64,000 nt of DNA, from the sequence record OQ992561.1, one strand, 5' to 3'. Position numbers and translations under genes: made by a program. Below, piece after piece: positions 18,689 to 28,565 of this stretch; positions within the stretch are counted from its first letter, which is position 1, and the number at the start of each line of letters is the position of its first letter. The notes under the pieces were generated by a model that saw only the letters and a list, made by a program, of their open reading frames with translations, searched no databases and was not told the DNA's origin.

Positions 18689-19375
18689 ATGAGTAACCCG
18701 TTAGTTATCAAATCGGCAAGTGATCTAGTAGAACCAAAAGAGATAGATTACAAAGCGCCTATTTTTAAGGCCAGTCACGAATATACATCTATTCGTGAGA
18801 ATAGCAGACAGTTAATTGAAAAGCAAATGAAACTATCCAAAAAGCCTTTTGCCGTGGTTGAGCGAGAAGGTGATATTGGTTCCAATGTTGTTTATTACAC
18901 GTGTGGATGTAATAAAGAAGATCCACTCTTTCCTGAACTGGTGATCACTGCCTGCATTACTAAGGAATCGGCAGTAAATACCTTTTACGCCATTTTTGAA
19001 AAATTAAAAGAAGTGAAACAGATCACGGGTGGCGTAGAGATTGCAGATTTGCTGAGTGCATTTGAAGAAGATCAAAGGATGGGACGGCAGCCTAAATTTG
19101 GTATTCGTCTAATTGATACCCATCAGTTTGTATATGGATTCGGTGGCAAACTCCATGCATACTACAATATGGATGACTACTATAACCAATTGCCAATCTG
19201 GCAAATCCTCATCAGTGATATTGAAGGATTCCTACCTACCGATAGTGGTTATCTACAAACAGTTTGCCCGCAGTTTCTTCTAGCCGATAAACCTTTCGGA
19301 CAAGCTGGTAATATCTATCCTACTGACATTTTTAAAACTATGAAATGTCGTCCTTCTGCAACAGTTATTCATTAA
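18689..19375 (+). CDS. hypothetical protein
   Basis: 228-aa ORF, AAGGA RBS. Confidence 0.75.
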   Translation: MSNPLVIKSASDLVEPKEIDYKAPIFKASHEYTSIRENSRQLIEKQMKLSKKPFAVVEREGDIGSNVVYYTCGCNKEDPLFPELVITACITKESAVNTFYAIFEKLKEVKQITGGVEIADLLSAFEEDQRMGRQPKFGIRLIDTHQFVYGFGGKLHAYYNMDDYYNQLPIWQILISDIEGFLPTDSGYLQTVCPQFLLADKPFGQAGNIYPTDIFKTMKCRPSATVIH

Positions 19376-19387
19376 GAGGTTAATATA

Positions 19388-19627
19388 ATGCGTGAGTTTC
19401 GTACTGGTCAATATTGTATTACTAAAATTGATATCCCTCATCCAAAACCCAATGCATTAACTGGCCCAACTTATTTAACAGCTGGACAGCAGTGCCAAAT
19501 TATCGTTTATGATCCATCGAAAACACCTTCTACTGGTATTCGTAAAGAAGGTGAAAACTTTGCAATGGTTTATGTAGACGAATCTGCACTAATTGCTGAT
19601 CCATCAAAACCGGTTCCAACTCTATGA
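19388..19627 (+). CDS. small hypothetical protein (SH3-like pattern possible)
   Basis: GAGGT RBS. Confidence 0.65.
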   Translation: MREFRTGQYCITKIDIPHPKPNALTGPTYLTAGQQCQIIVYDPSKTPSTGIRKEGENFAMVYVDESALIADPSKPVPTL

Positions 19628-19983
19628 TATTTAAATTCTTTGATGTTAATGGAGAGTATGATCCACGTAACTTGTGGTTGCCCGCTGAACGTCAGCTATA
19701 TATCTCTATTATTAATCCAGAGGGCCATGAGGTGCTCTGGTATGCTAGAAAACCAGGCACTAATGTAGCTATGTTGACACCTAAGCGAGATGATTATGAA
19801 CTTGTAAATTGTTCAAATATCCTGAAGGCTAGGAATGTTCTATTGGTTAATCATGAGGCTGGTTCAGTAGAAATAGCATTACGTTATTTTGACTTACCTG
19901 TTAAAGGTAAATATAAATTAGCAAGTCGTACATGGGAATGTAGTGAACTATTCACTCTCCAATTTATTGAATATAATTTTTAA
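19624..19983 (+). CDS. hypothetical protein
   Basis: ATGA coupling. Confidence 0.7.
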   Translation: MIFKFFDVNGEYDPRNLWLPAERQLYISIINPEGHEVLWYARKPGTNVAMLTPKRDDYELVNCSNILKARNVLLVNHEAGSVEIALRYFDLPVKGKYKLASRTWECSELFTLQFIEYNF

Positions 19984-19997
19984 ACAGGTAATTATAA

Positions 19998-20519
19998 ATG
20001 GCTCTTATTTGTGGATACGGTGAAAATGCCGTGCTATTTGGCGGCGATGTTGATGTAGTCGACTATGCGATGTCTCAAAGAAAATATACCTTAGATAATA
20101 AATTCATTATCCGTGGTATCGCTGTTATGAGTGCTGATAAAAAAGCGCGACATAGTTTCTGCCGAGCTAATAGTGAGCTGTTTCTTAGCCATCGCACAAA
20201 AGACTATAATGTAATCACACAACAATTCCAAGAATCGGTTAATAATTATAAAGTGATGGTTTACATTGTATTCGATGACGAACTAGCCGTCTTTGTACCG
20301 AATACACCAATCACTGTACTGAATTATAAAAATAATCCAGATGGAGTTACTGTGATTAATAAAGGTTTCCGATATAAACAAAGGGAGAGGCTTAAAGTTC
20401 TCATTAAAACATATCACGATGATCTATTGTTATTGGCTAAGAATATTGCAGATAATTCATTGAAAGATGTTAATCAACTAACTGTCTTTAAAGACGGAAC
20501 TACCCAACGGTTTATTTAA
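19998..20519 (+). CDS. hypothetical protein
   Basis: 173-aa ORF. Confidence 0.7.
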   Translation: MALICGYGENAVLFGGDVDVVDYAMSQRKYTLDNKFIIRGIAVMSADKKARHSFCRANSELFLSHRTKDYNVITQQFQESVNNYKVMVYIVFDDELAVFVPNTPITVLNYKNNPDGVTVINKGFRYKQRERLKVLIKTYHDDLLLLAKNIADNSLKDVNQLTVFKDGTTQRFI

Positions 20520-20530
20520 GGTATCTTTAC

Positions 20531-20830
20531 ATGACCACTAAACAACAGCGCATTACCTATCACTATCATTGTAAAGGTCTTAAACAGACATATCACCCAG
20601 TCATTGGTAAAGATGGGGAATTGAAACTGTCTGTACTTACACCTGATAATATTTATAGTCAATATCCATTATACGAGGATGTAGAAGATGGAGCTATTGA
20701 TAAATTATGCGATCAGGTAGAACAGCTACTGAGAAAAGAACTTGTGGGTGTAATTGCTATTAAATATAATGTAGATTATCTAGCTACCCCTGGTGAAAAA
20801 TTAAAAGAAGTATATAGACTCGTAATTTAA
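20531..20830 (+). CDS. hypothetical protein
   Basis: AAGG RBS. Confidence 0.7.
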   Translation: MTTKQQRITYHYHCKGLKQTYHPVIGKDGELKLSVLTPDNIYSQYPLYEDVEDGAIDKLCDQVEQLLRKELVGVIAIKYNVDYLATPGEKLKEVYRLVI

Positions 20831-20843
20831 TAATGGTATAATT

Positions 20844-20861
20844 GCCCTCCTTCGGGAGGGC
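20844..20861 (+). terminator. UUCG hairpin terminator (repeat family)
   Basis: GCCCTCC-TTCG-GGAGGGC-TTCT. Confidence 0.75.
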
Positions 20862-20888
20862 TTCTATTTCGTAAAAAGGAAAATACAA

Positions 20889-21329
20889 ATGAAAGCATTC
20901 ATTCCAAAATGGCGCCAAGATCCAAATAACGTTGACCATAAGTATGGTTATGAACTGAATGCGTACACCTCTGTTTCTGGTACTCGCGTCTTCATCGAAC
21001 GTCGTGTTGAATACTACAATAAGAAAAAGAAACAATGGTGCGATGAAACAATTCAAGTAATTCATCTTGGTAAACTGAATTGTTATATTTGGAAACACTA
21101 TCCAGTTATCAGTTTCAGAGATGTTGGTGTAATCTACGGTCGGTTAGAATTTGATGAACTAAAGAAAGTAAATAAACTTATTCAGAGTTCAAATTCCGTA
21201 TCTATTGAACTGATGGAATCTATTTCAAAAGAATATCAGGTTTATATCACAGCTGTAATTAATAACATCAAATATGTGTTCAGCCCTGAACGCACTTATG
21301 TATCTGATGAGGGTTACGTAGATGACTAA
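20889..21329 (+). CDS. hypothetical protein
   Basis: AAAGGA RBS. Confidence 0.75.
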   Translation: MKAFIPKWRQDPNNVDHKYGYELNAYTSVSGTRVFIERRVEYYNKKKKQWCDETIQVIHLGKLNCYIWKHYPVISFRDVGVIYGRLEFDELKKVNKLIQSSNSVSIELMESISKEYQVYITAVINNIKYVFSPERTYVSDEGYVDD

Positions 21330-21834
21330 AACACTCCGTGTAGTACGTGTCCGTGATGGGATCGTTGATAGTCTTAATAACGATGGTCTATGGGTTAACA
21401 AACATACCTTTTGTATGGAGGAGGTATGGGAAGCCCACAAACAAACAACCCAATTCCAGTCTTACAACTGGGGGACTATGTACTTCGTTAGTGAAAATGA
21501 TGTAGCATGTAATCCATATCCCCATCATCAATACCGTGAGGTATGGATCTGTCAACGAGGTGTGCAACAAAAACTGGAACTATGTGAGGATTTAGAATCC
21601 GGTATAGTTGGGGATGATCATGTTGTAGTTATTATGACTACTACGGATGGATTAGATTATAGTTTTGTGAGTAGTGTGTATGGCGACCGTATTAACTACA
21701 GTCCTTACTATGGTGATGCCATTTCTATACCTTGTACCAATAATCAAGAAGCAGACGATGTCTATCATAGCCTAGCTAAAATGGCCAATGGCATAAGTCT
21801 ATCTGTTCCTCTAGTAATGAAGCTGATTAAATAA
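21322..21834 (+). CDS. hypothetical protein
   Basis: 170-aa ORF coupled to upstream gene. Confidence 0.7.
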   Translation: MTKTLRVVRVRDGIVDSLNNDGLWVNKHTFCMEEVWEAHKQTTQFQSYNWGTMYFVSENDVACNPYPHHQYREVWICQRGVQQKLELCEDLESGIVGDDHVVVIMTTTDGLDYSFVSSVYGDRINYSPYYGDAISIPCTNNQEADDVYHSLAKMANGISLSVPLVMKLIK

Positions 21835-21841
21835 AGGAGTA

Positions 21842-22207
21842 ATGATTATGGATTATAAATGGCATGATAAGTTCATTATAGAAATTATTAGTAAAAGTTG
21901 TAAAAAAGATGGAATTGGTAAAAGTTACTTAGTGCGTAAAGATTGGAGAGATGTTAATCAGCGTGATTACGCCATTCTATCACGTATTGGTTTCCATGAT
22001 GCTCTTTTGCTTGACGAACATGAAGTCGAATACTATTTGAACAATGTAGCATTTGATATCGCAAAGGCCGTATGGGAGTCTGAAGGTAAACCAAAAGATA
22101 CTGATATGCATATTCGGGCATTGCGCGTAGATATGGATAGCCTATCTAATAGATTCAAGATATATACTGATATAAAACTAGATATGGATAAGCACCGTAA
22201 ATCGTAA
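21842..22207 (+). CDS. hypothetical protein
   Basis: AAGGAG RBS. Confidence 0.75.
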   Translation: MIMDYKWHDKFIIEIISKSCKKDGIGKSYLVRKDWRDVNQRDYAILSRIGFHDALLLDEHEVEYYLNNVAFDIAKAVWESEGKPKDTDMHIRALRVDMDSLSNRFKIYTDIKLDMDKHRKS

Positions 22208-22247
22208 AAGATATCCATCGTATACATTTATTAATAGGAACCTACAA

Positions 22248-22604
22248 ATGCAACTAGATAAAGACAAATTGAAAGAATTGGTAAATATCATTGAAGAGAA
22301 TACACGCCTTAAAGGTAAAGTATTCCACCAGGAAACCTACTCCAGTATTCATGGTGAAATAGAGGTTCGCAGTTACGCTGGTAATTTCATTTTCTATAAA
22401 AATCATACTACTGAACAATATGCAATGTTCAATGTAGAGTTTGACACACATGGTAAGGTAGTTAGATTCATAGCACCTGCACTATTACGTGCGACTGTCA
22501 TTTGGGAATTGAACGAAGAACCGGAATACTACAAAATCAACATCGAGCATATGCTGATCGAAGCAGTAACCAATCACTTCAATACGGCCACACTGCTACC
22601 TTGA
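22248..22604 (+). CDS. hypothetical protein
   Basis: AGGA RBS. Confidence 0.7.
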   Translation: MQLDKDKLKELVNIIEENTRLKGKVFHQETYSSIHGEIEVRSYAGNFIFYKNHTTEQYAMFNVEFDTHGKVVRFIAPALLRATVIWELNEEPEYYKINIEHMLIEAVTNHFNTATLLP

Positions 22605-22704
22605 AGTTAATTGATAACCATAACCCTTATAAAGCACAGTGGATTTTATATTGTGGATATTATTTATAGTGTCCACAATATAGATTCACTAAAAGGAATT
22701 TATT

Positions 22705-23220
22705 ATGAATAAACCAGAATTACTTTACCATGGTTCTCTGTATAAACAAGACGAATTAATGCCAGGATTTAAAAGATCTGGTGAACTTGTTATGTGGGAT
22801 GGTATTGAGTCTAACCAATACCTATATGCAACGTCATCTGAAAAAGATGCATCTTATTTAGGTATTGGTAGCGCTATCGAAAAGTTATTTGATAGTGATA
22901 GATATGCTACTGTTGATAGGGATATTACGATCTATTGTCAAAATAATATCGATAAAAGCGATATTTTAAAAATGGTTGTGTATGTTTATACCATTCCATT
23001 TAGGGACTCTGACAAATGGATTAAGAATAATAATCCTCACAATAGCATTGATACTGAGTGGATTACGAAAAACACTATCCATGATGTTACTGTAAGGAAA
23101 TTAGATATTGGTGAATTTTTAAAAGGTGCTCGCTTAACTGTCACTAAAGCACCAGTGGATGTTGATCCATTAAACATCATGTCACAATATCGTTCAGTAA
23201 CAGAGCGTTATCTGTTTTAA
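22705..23220 (+). CDS. putative ADP-ribosyltransferase-fold protein (Arr-like)
   Basis: LYHGS..ELMPG...YLYATS...A...TEW pattern. Confidence 0.5.
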   Translation: MNKPELLYHGSLYKQDELMPGFKRSGELVMWDGIESNQYLYATSSEKDASYLGIGSAIEKLFDSDRYATVDRDITIYCQNNIDKSDILKMVVYVYTIPFRDSDKWIKNNNPHNSIDTEWITKNTIHDVTVRKLDIGEFLKGARLTVTKAPVDVDPLNIMSQYRSVTERYLF

Positions 23221-23235
23221 TTAAATAGGTTAATT

Positions 23236-23700
23236 ATGTATCACATATCGACAGTATACCTTGGGGATTATGTTTTATTAAGGCCATATATTCCAAGTAA
23301 TAGAGCTGATGGCGAAGACAGTGTAACCAACCGTATATGTGTGGCCCCATCAGTTATTGAATGTATTGCAGCTAAAAGCGGGAGTTATGATATCGATCTT
23401 AATTTACTTGGTTCTAAATCAACTATTTACGCATACCGAAGTAATTCTACTGACTACATTATAGGAAATGTACCTGATCAAAAACAATATAGGGAACACT
23501 GGTATTTAAAACCAACTTTATTTGCGTATGTTGGCTCTCTGCAATTATTAGAGACTGGGGTGATTAAGGTAAGTAGTGAAGTCGATATGTATTCTAAATT
23601 AATGGTATCACATCGGTTAAACTACTTCAATAATATTATTAGTAAAGAAGAACTAATACACCATTGGCATATAGAGGCTTTATCTATTTTAAATGGTTAG
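23236..23700 (+). CDS. putative ART-fold phage protein
   Basis: YHIS..L.P.IP...ED...RICVAPS...VPD...REHW pattern. Confidence 0.5.
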   Translation: MYHISTVYLGDYVLLRPYIPSNRADGEDSVTNRICVAPSVIECIAAKSGSYDIDLNLLGSKSTIYAYRSNSTDYIIGNVPDQKQYREHWYLKPTLFAYVGSLQLLETGVIKVSSEVDMYSKLMVSHRLNYFNNIISKEELIHHWHIEALSILNG

Positions 23701-23711
23701 ATCATAATTTA

Positions 23712-23738
23712 TTTAAGATCTATATTACAAGTGTACTA
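23712..23738 (+). promoter_or_regulatory. early promoter
   Basis: TATATTAC at 23721-23728, intergenic. Confidence 0.65.
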
Positions 23739-23755
23739 TCAATAAACTAATAGGA

Positions 23756-24118
23756 GTGATACAAGTGGATTTTATAATTGAAATTATCGATAATCCCAAT
23801 AGTGATACTGCGTTGTATGTTTATGATTATTGGGGTACCCTAACTACGGTTGTGGGTAATGCAAAAACCCTGGCAGAAGCATATAGTTTTAAATATTCAT
23901 CCATTGACAGCATTGAAAAATTAAAAGCTGTCATTGGTAAAAATATCGAATGCATTTTTAAAGAAATGCATGATCAATCGAATAAGGTAATTCGTGTTAA
24001 TATCGTAAAAGTAGATCTAGAGAATAAGATTATTAGTAAGCGCATCGAAATTGTAAAAAGCTATAGTGTTATCAATAGTGATGGTGAACTTATTCTAATC
24101 ACAGATGTAGTACGGTAA
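23756..24118 (+). CDS. hypothetical protein
   Basis: AGGA RBS, GTG start. Confidence 0.65.
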   Translation: MIQVDFIIEIIDNPNSDTALYVYDYWGTLTTVVGNAKTLAEAYSFKYSSIDSIEKLKAVIGKNIECIFKEMHDQSNKVIRVNIVKVDLENKIISKRIEIVKSYSVINSDGELILITDVVR

Positions 24119-24159
24119 TTGAATAAATAATTCATTAATTTAACATAGGTGATATAACC

Positions 24160-25032
24160 ATGGCACGTCGTTCTAATAAAATTCGTATTGGTTTTAACGT
24201 ATCGCTTAAAGCGCTTGAACGAAATGGATCTGATGTAATTAAACTACATGATGACATCATATCTTGTTTTAGTGAACTATATCAAAATTACGTAAAAATT
24301 GATACAACTACTGACAAAGATGACAAATCACTAAAACAAGGCATTATTGATGTCGTGGTGTATGTCGATCTAAATACAGCGAACCAAGCCATTCGTTTTA
24401 AAGGTATTAGTGATCTGGTAAACCATCTACAGTTTAATGTAATGGCGAATGATGTTATCGTCGATACAAGTGAATATATTCAGCCTAGCCATATGTCATA
24501 TATCGAAGATGGTCACCTGAATATGTTAGTGCGTCGAGAAGGTAAAGAGGTTATCAAAACCATTTTCACTGATGAATATGGTGTTGATCCACTAGTTAAT
24601 AATGGATCAATAGGAGATGGATGTAGTGTTTCCGGGATCTATCTAATCGGTGAAGAAAATCGGGTTAATAAACTGGCACGTATTGTTTCTAACAACATTC
24701 GCAACGGAGAGTTTAATTTCAAGACCGAAATAGGTATCCGTAAATTCTATTGGAGTGTACTCGGAAAACCAAGTGCGCAATTTAAGTATATCCACAGTGT
24801 GGTATTTAAGTACATCCACAATGAAATATGGAACCGTAATAGTTTCTATGTGGATACACTGATTAAGCTAACCAATGGCAAAGTTTATAGCTATGCTAAG
24901 AATGGTTTTGTTGGTGGACCTACTGAACTAGAATTCCATTATTATGGTGTAACTGATCGAGAAAATTGGGATAATGCGTCAGACAATTTCCTATATCAGG
25001 AATTCGAGCAAAGTTGGTCTGTAAAAATCTAA
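24160..25032 (+). CDS. hypothetical protein, probable paralog of next gene
   Basis: 290 aa; GEENRVN and NGKVYSYAK resemble the neighbour. Confidence 0.75.
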   Translation: MARRSNKIRIGFNVSLKALERNGSDVIKLHDDIISCFSELYQNYVKIDTTTDKDDKSLKQGIIDVVVYVDLNTANQAIRFKGISDLVNHLQFNVMANDVIVDTSEYIQPSHMSYIEDGHLNMLVRREGKEVIKTIFTDEYGVDPLVNNGSIGDGCSVSGIYLIGEENRVNKLARIVSNNIRNGEFNFKTEIGIRKFYWSVLGKPSAQFKYIHSVVFKYIHNEIWNRNSFYVDTLIKLTNGKVYSYAKNGFVGGPTELEFHYYGVTDRENWDNASDNFLYQEFEQSWSVKI

Positions 25033-25037
25033 TACAT

Positions 25038-25059
25038 AAAGGGCTCTTCGGAGCCCTTT
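25038..25059 (+). terminator. UUCG hairpin terminator
   Basis: AAAGGGCTC-TTCG-GAGCCCTTT-ATTTTT. Confidence 0.75.
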
Positions 25060-25088
25060 ATTTTTTCTTTATTTGGCAGGAATATAAA

Positions 25089-25874
25089 ATGCATCGTCGA
25101 ACTATGTACAGATTTAGCTTATCATATTCCAATAAACTTATTAATAATAACCCACTTGGTTTTACAGTCGAGAGTTATCTTGAAAGCTGGTTTGACAAAC
25201 TCAAGTGTCGATTAACTAAAGGTTATACCAAAAGCCATGCTATTCATTTTCGTGGAAGTTGGAAATACTTTGAATTAGATCAATATAAGAACAATGCTTT
25301 CTTCAATCAATATCACATGGTGATGCAGTCACTAGAAGATCTAGAAAGAAAGATTAGTGGAGTGATTGGGTTAAGTATCAAAATCACTAAACCAGAACGA
25401 CATTTATTTCATGTTCTATTTAACCATGAAAAGATTATTCTATCCCCTAATGGCATTATCTTTGATGTACGTGTTCCAAAACACACCGTGATAGCTAATC
25501 CTGATGTTATGGGATATCGTAATTGCAATGTAGATAAACTGACGGTATTTGGCGAGCGCTCTAAAGTTAACTATGTGGTTAAACAAGTACGTTATGCCTT
25601 AAAGCAGAAAGGGGTGACAACTGTTGCCAATAGTTCAATGACTCGTTTTTTATATGACCTATTTCATCCAAAATACAGAGACAATCAAATTTATAACTAC
25701 GGCATGACTATGTCTGATGTTTATGTAATGGCCGTATTCAAAAATGGGTATACGGAAATCTATGGTAAAGATGTAGGTGAAATATTTGAAAGTCATACTC
25801 TAGATTTTCTAGAACGTGAATACATGATCTGTGGACAATATTTTCCTAAGCTATCCAGAGGGATGCTAGTATGA
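25089..25874 (+). CDS. hypothetical protein, probable paralog of previous gene
   Basis: ATG 25089 with AGGA RBS downstream of the terminator; GERSKVN, NGYTEIYGK. Confidence 0.7.
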   Translation: MHRRTMYRFSLSYSNKLINNNPLGFTVESYLESWFDKLKCRLTKGYTKSHAIHFRGSWKYFELDQYKNNAFFNQYHMVMQSLEDLERKISGVIGLSIKITKPERHLFHVLFNHEKIILSPNGIIFDVRVPKHTVIANPDVMGYRNCNVDKLTVFGERSKVNYVVKQVRYALKQKGVTTVANSSMTRFLYDLFHPKYRDNQIYNYGMTMSDVYVMAVFKNGYTEIYGKDVGEIFESHTLDFLEREYMICGQYFPKLSRGMLV

Positions 25875-27397
25875 TTATAGAAACCTTATTGCAATATTAC
25901 GCCATGTTCATCGATATCTCTCAGAAGAATATGGTTATGGGTGGAGCTATCGGAATGGCAATTGGTGGTTTATTCTGGACCACTCTAAGAGGCTTACCAA
26001 GTAAACTAGCTAGGTTCGCATTAAATCAGTTTACAGTTAGTCTACATATTACCAACATGGGTAATGGGCTGAACGAGAAGAACTTTGATTGTTTCATGGA
26101 ATGGTATATTAAGCAGCCATTAGCTGGATTTAATCGACGTTTTTCAACTAATGTTGATGAGCAAAGTTATAGTGCAACTAAACAGAAAATTGGTGTTGGT
26201 TTTGGCTTACATTTCTTTCTGTTTAAAGGTAGGTTATTCTGGTTTGTAAAAGCACGCCGGGATAGTCAAAATGCCAGTCGAGATCAAATGGATATTACTA
26301 TCCGTGGATTATCTAGGAGTAGTAAACTAATTATTGATTTAGTAGATGCTTACCATTGGCGCCCAAATGAAAGGGGTCTGACTATTTCACATTGGGATGG
26401 TAACCGTTGGGGCAATGAGATTGAAGTTACTAAACGCGATATCAACACGGTGATTTTGCGTAAAGAGATCAAAGAAGAATTCCTTAATAAGATTGAAGAA
26501 TTCTATTCTGATCGGAAATGGTACGATGATCGTGGACTACCCTATAAATTCACTTGTGTTTTAACAGGTCCTCCTGGCACTGGTAAAACCTCTATCAGTA
26601 AAGCGATTGCCTCACATTTTAATAAAAATGTTAGTGCACTGTCATTAGCCTCTATGACTAATGATAGTCTTAGGCGGGCATTTACCACACTACCTAAAGG
26701 TAATATTCTTTTAATTGAAGATTTCGATGATACTCCGGCAGTTAAAGATCGTGTTTTAAATGATCCTGTAAAACTAGAGAAAGAGATTAAGGAATTAGAG
26801 AGGAAATATTCTTTTATTGATTTAATTGAAAAATATCCATCTTCATGGGCTGATCTTAAAGATGACTATGAAGGATACTCTGTAGTTGGATTTAATGACA
26901 CCATCTATATCTTTGATGAAAATAGCGATGATCAAGGTTTTGGGATAAGTGCTTATGCTATGGCTGAATTGGGTGTTTCAAAATGGGCCGATGAAAAAGA
27001 TCCATTATTTGCCACAATTCGCCGATGGTGGAAATTAAAGAAGTGCATGAAGAATGGAATCACGTATGAACAACCAGCTAGTGGATTAACTTTATCAGCT
27101 CTATTAAATGGCCTAGATGGCATTGTTCCACTAGATGAGACAATGACCATTCTAACTACAAACCATCCTGAGAATATTGATAAAGCACTTCTAAGGAAAG
27201 GTCGCGTTGATTACATGGTGGAGATTCCATATCTACGAGATCAAGAAGTTAGGGAGTATATTAAACTAATGTTCCCTGACTTCGATATTCCTGAAGATAT
27301 CAGATTTAAAGATCAACCAGGGTGTGATGTAATGGCGGCTTTTTCAAATAACCGTTATGACCCTAATGCTTTTATCAATAGTCTATTGAAATATTAA
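25871..27397 (+). CDS. BCS1-like membrane-anchored AAA+ ATPase
   Basis: N-terminal TM; Walker A GPPGTGKT, Walker B LLIED, LSALLNGLDG, TTNHPENIDKALLRKGRVD. Confidence 0.85.
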   Translation: MIIETLLQYYAMFIDISQKNMVMGGAIGMAIGGLFWTTLRGLPSKLARFALNQFTVSLHITNMGNGLNEKNFDCFMEWYIKQPLAGFNRRFSTNVDEQSYSATKQKIGVGFGLHFFLFKGRLFWFVKARRDSQNASRDQMDITIRGLSRSSKLIIDLVDAYHWRPNERGLTISHWDGNRWGNEIEVTKRDINTVILRKEIKEEFLNKIEEFYSDRKWYDDRGLPYKFTCVLTGPPGTGKTSISKAIASHFNKNVSALSLASMTNDSLRRAFTTLPKGNILLIEDFDDTPAVKDRVLNDPVKLEKEIKELERKYSFIDLIEKYPSSWADLKDDYEGYSVVGFNDTIYIFDENSDDQGFGISAYAMAELGVSKWADEKDPLFATIRRWWKLKKCMKNGITYEQPASGLTLSALLNGLDGIVPLDETMTILTTNHPENIDKALLRKGRVDYMVEIPYLRDQEVREYIKLMFPDFDIPEDIRFKDQPGCDVMAAFSNNRYDPNAFINSLLKY

Positions 27398-27420
27398 TAT
27401 ACTAAAAAGGAATCTGTAAA

Positions 27421-27819
27421 ATGAGTCTACTCAACATTTTAAACACCGTTGCGGCTGCTAATGGTTTGGTACATAACTTTCTAGAATGTGATGAAAGTTA
27501 TAAAAAGGTAGTTGATAAACTGCCTTATAAACTACATCAGCTTATTCAACGTTGTGAAAACCACCGTATCACCATTACGCCCTATCAGGTATTACTTACA
27601 GAGCTTAGTAAGCTTGATAGGGAAGTAGATGATTTTAATATCACCTATTTAAACGATACGGATGTGTCATTTAGTTATACCTCATTTCGATATCAGTATG
27701 TTGATGAGGATCGTATTACACATATTTTCATTGTTTCTGAAAAAATCGAACAGGTTCGCTCATTTGTATTGTTGGCAAAACTAACTGGTTACAATGTAAC
27801 TGTAAATACATGTATTTAA
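27421..27819 (+). CDS. hypothetical protein
   Basis: AAGGA RBS. Confidence 0.75.
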   Translation: MSLLNILNTVAAANGLVHNFLECDESYKKVVDKLPYKLHQLIQRCENHRITITPYQVLLTELSKLDREVDDFNITYLNDTDVSFSYTSFRYQYVDEDRITHIFIVSEKIEQVRSFVLLAKLTGYNVTVNTCI

Positions 27820-27910
27820 TTTTGAAAACATACTGGAGTTATTGATGTATTGAGTTGAAACTCAATAATAACTCCTACTTTAATTTAAAAAATACAAAAG
27901 GAATATTTCC

Positions 27911-28564
27911 ATGGCGTCAATCATTAGTCTACCTTTTATCAAACTAGTAATCAGCCGTAATAATAATTACACTGTTAACCATCAGTCAGGTGCTGATAAT
28001 GTACCTCATCTATGTGTTAAAGTAAAACATTCTAACGGTTATGCCTGGTTCGGTATTATCATTGTTGATTATGAAAAACGTACCAGTGGTTGGACTGAAG
28101 AAGAATTCAATGCAGTTGTAACTCGTTTCCATGAGGCGATGAATTCTCAATGTGATATCCAACGATTAGAAACAGACATTAACCGACTAATGGATTCCAT
28201 CCAAGATGTTGTTACTGGTCGGAAACGACCAACCCTATTCGGCGGTGATGGTAATGACTTCATTCAAATGCATCTTCAAAATAATATTCAACTTGATATT
28301 TATCGGAATGAAATTAACGAAGATACTCTAACCTATGGTGGGTATCGTGGTAAAGTAAGTCTTCGCAATGGTTATGAAGAATATAACTTCTTCCTGTACC
28401 ATCGTGGTATTATTCTAAATCATTACATCGATGCAGAAATTGCCAAAGAGCTAATTGAAGATGCTCTTAATAAGACTTTCCCGGAGATTACTTATCTACC
28501 GCGAGCCACTGTCGAACCTACAGCAGTGGAACGCACTCGTAATAGACATCTGGATAAAAGTTAA
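27911..28564 (+). CDS. hypothetical protein
   Basis: AAGGA RBS. Confidence 0.75.
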   Translation: MASIISLPFIKLVISRNNNYTVNHQSGADNVPHLCVKVKHSNGYAWFGIIIVDYEKRTSGWTEEEFNAVVTRFHEAMNSQCDIQRLETDINRLMDSIQDVVTGRKRPTLFGGDGNDFIQMHLQNNIQLDIYRNEINEDTLTYGGYRGKVSLRNGYEEYNFFLYHRGIILNHYIDAEIAKELIEDALNKTFPEITYLPRATVEPTAVERTRNRHLDKS

Positions 28565-28565
28565 A

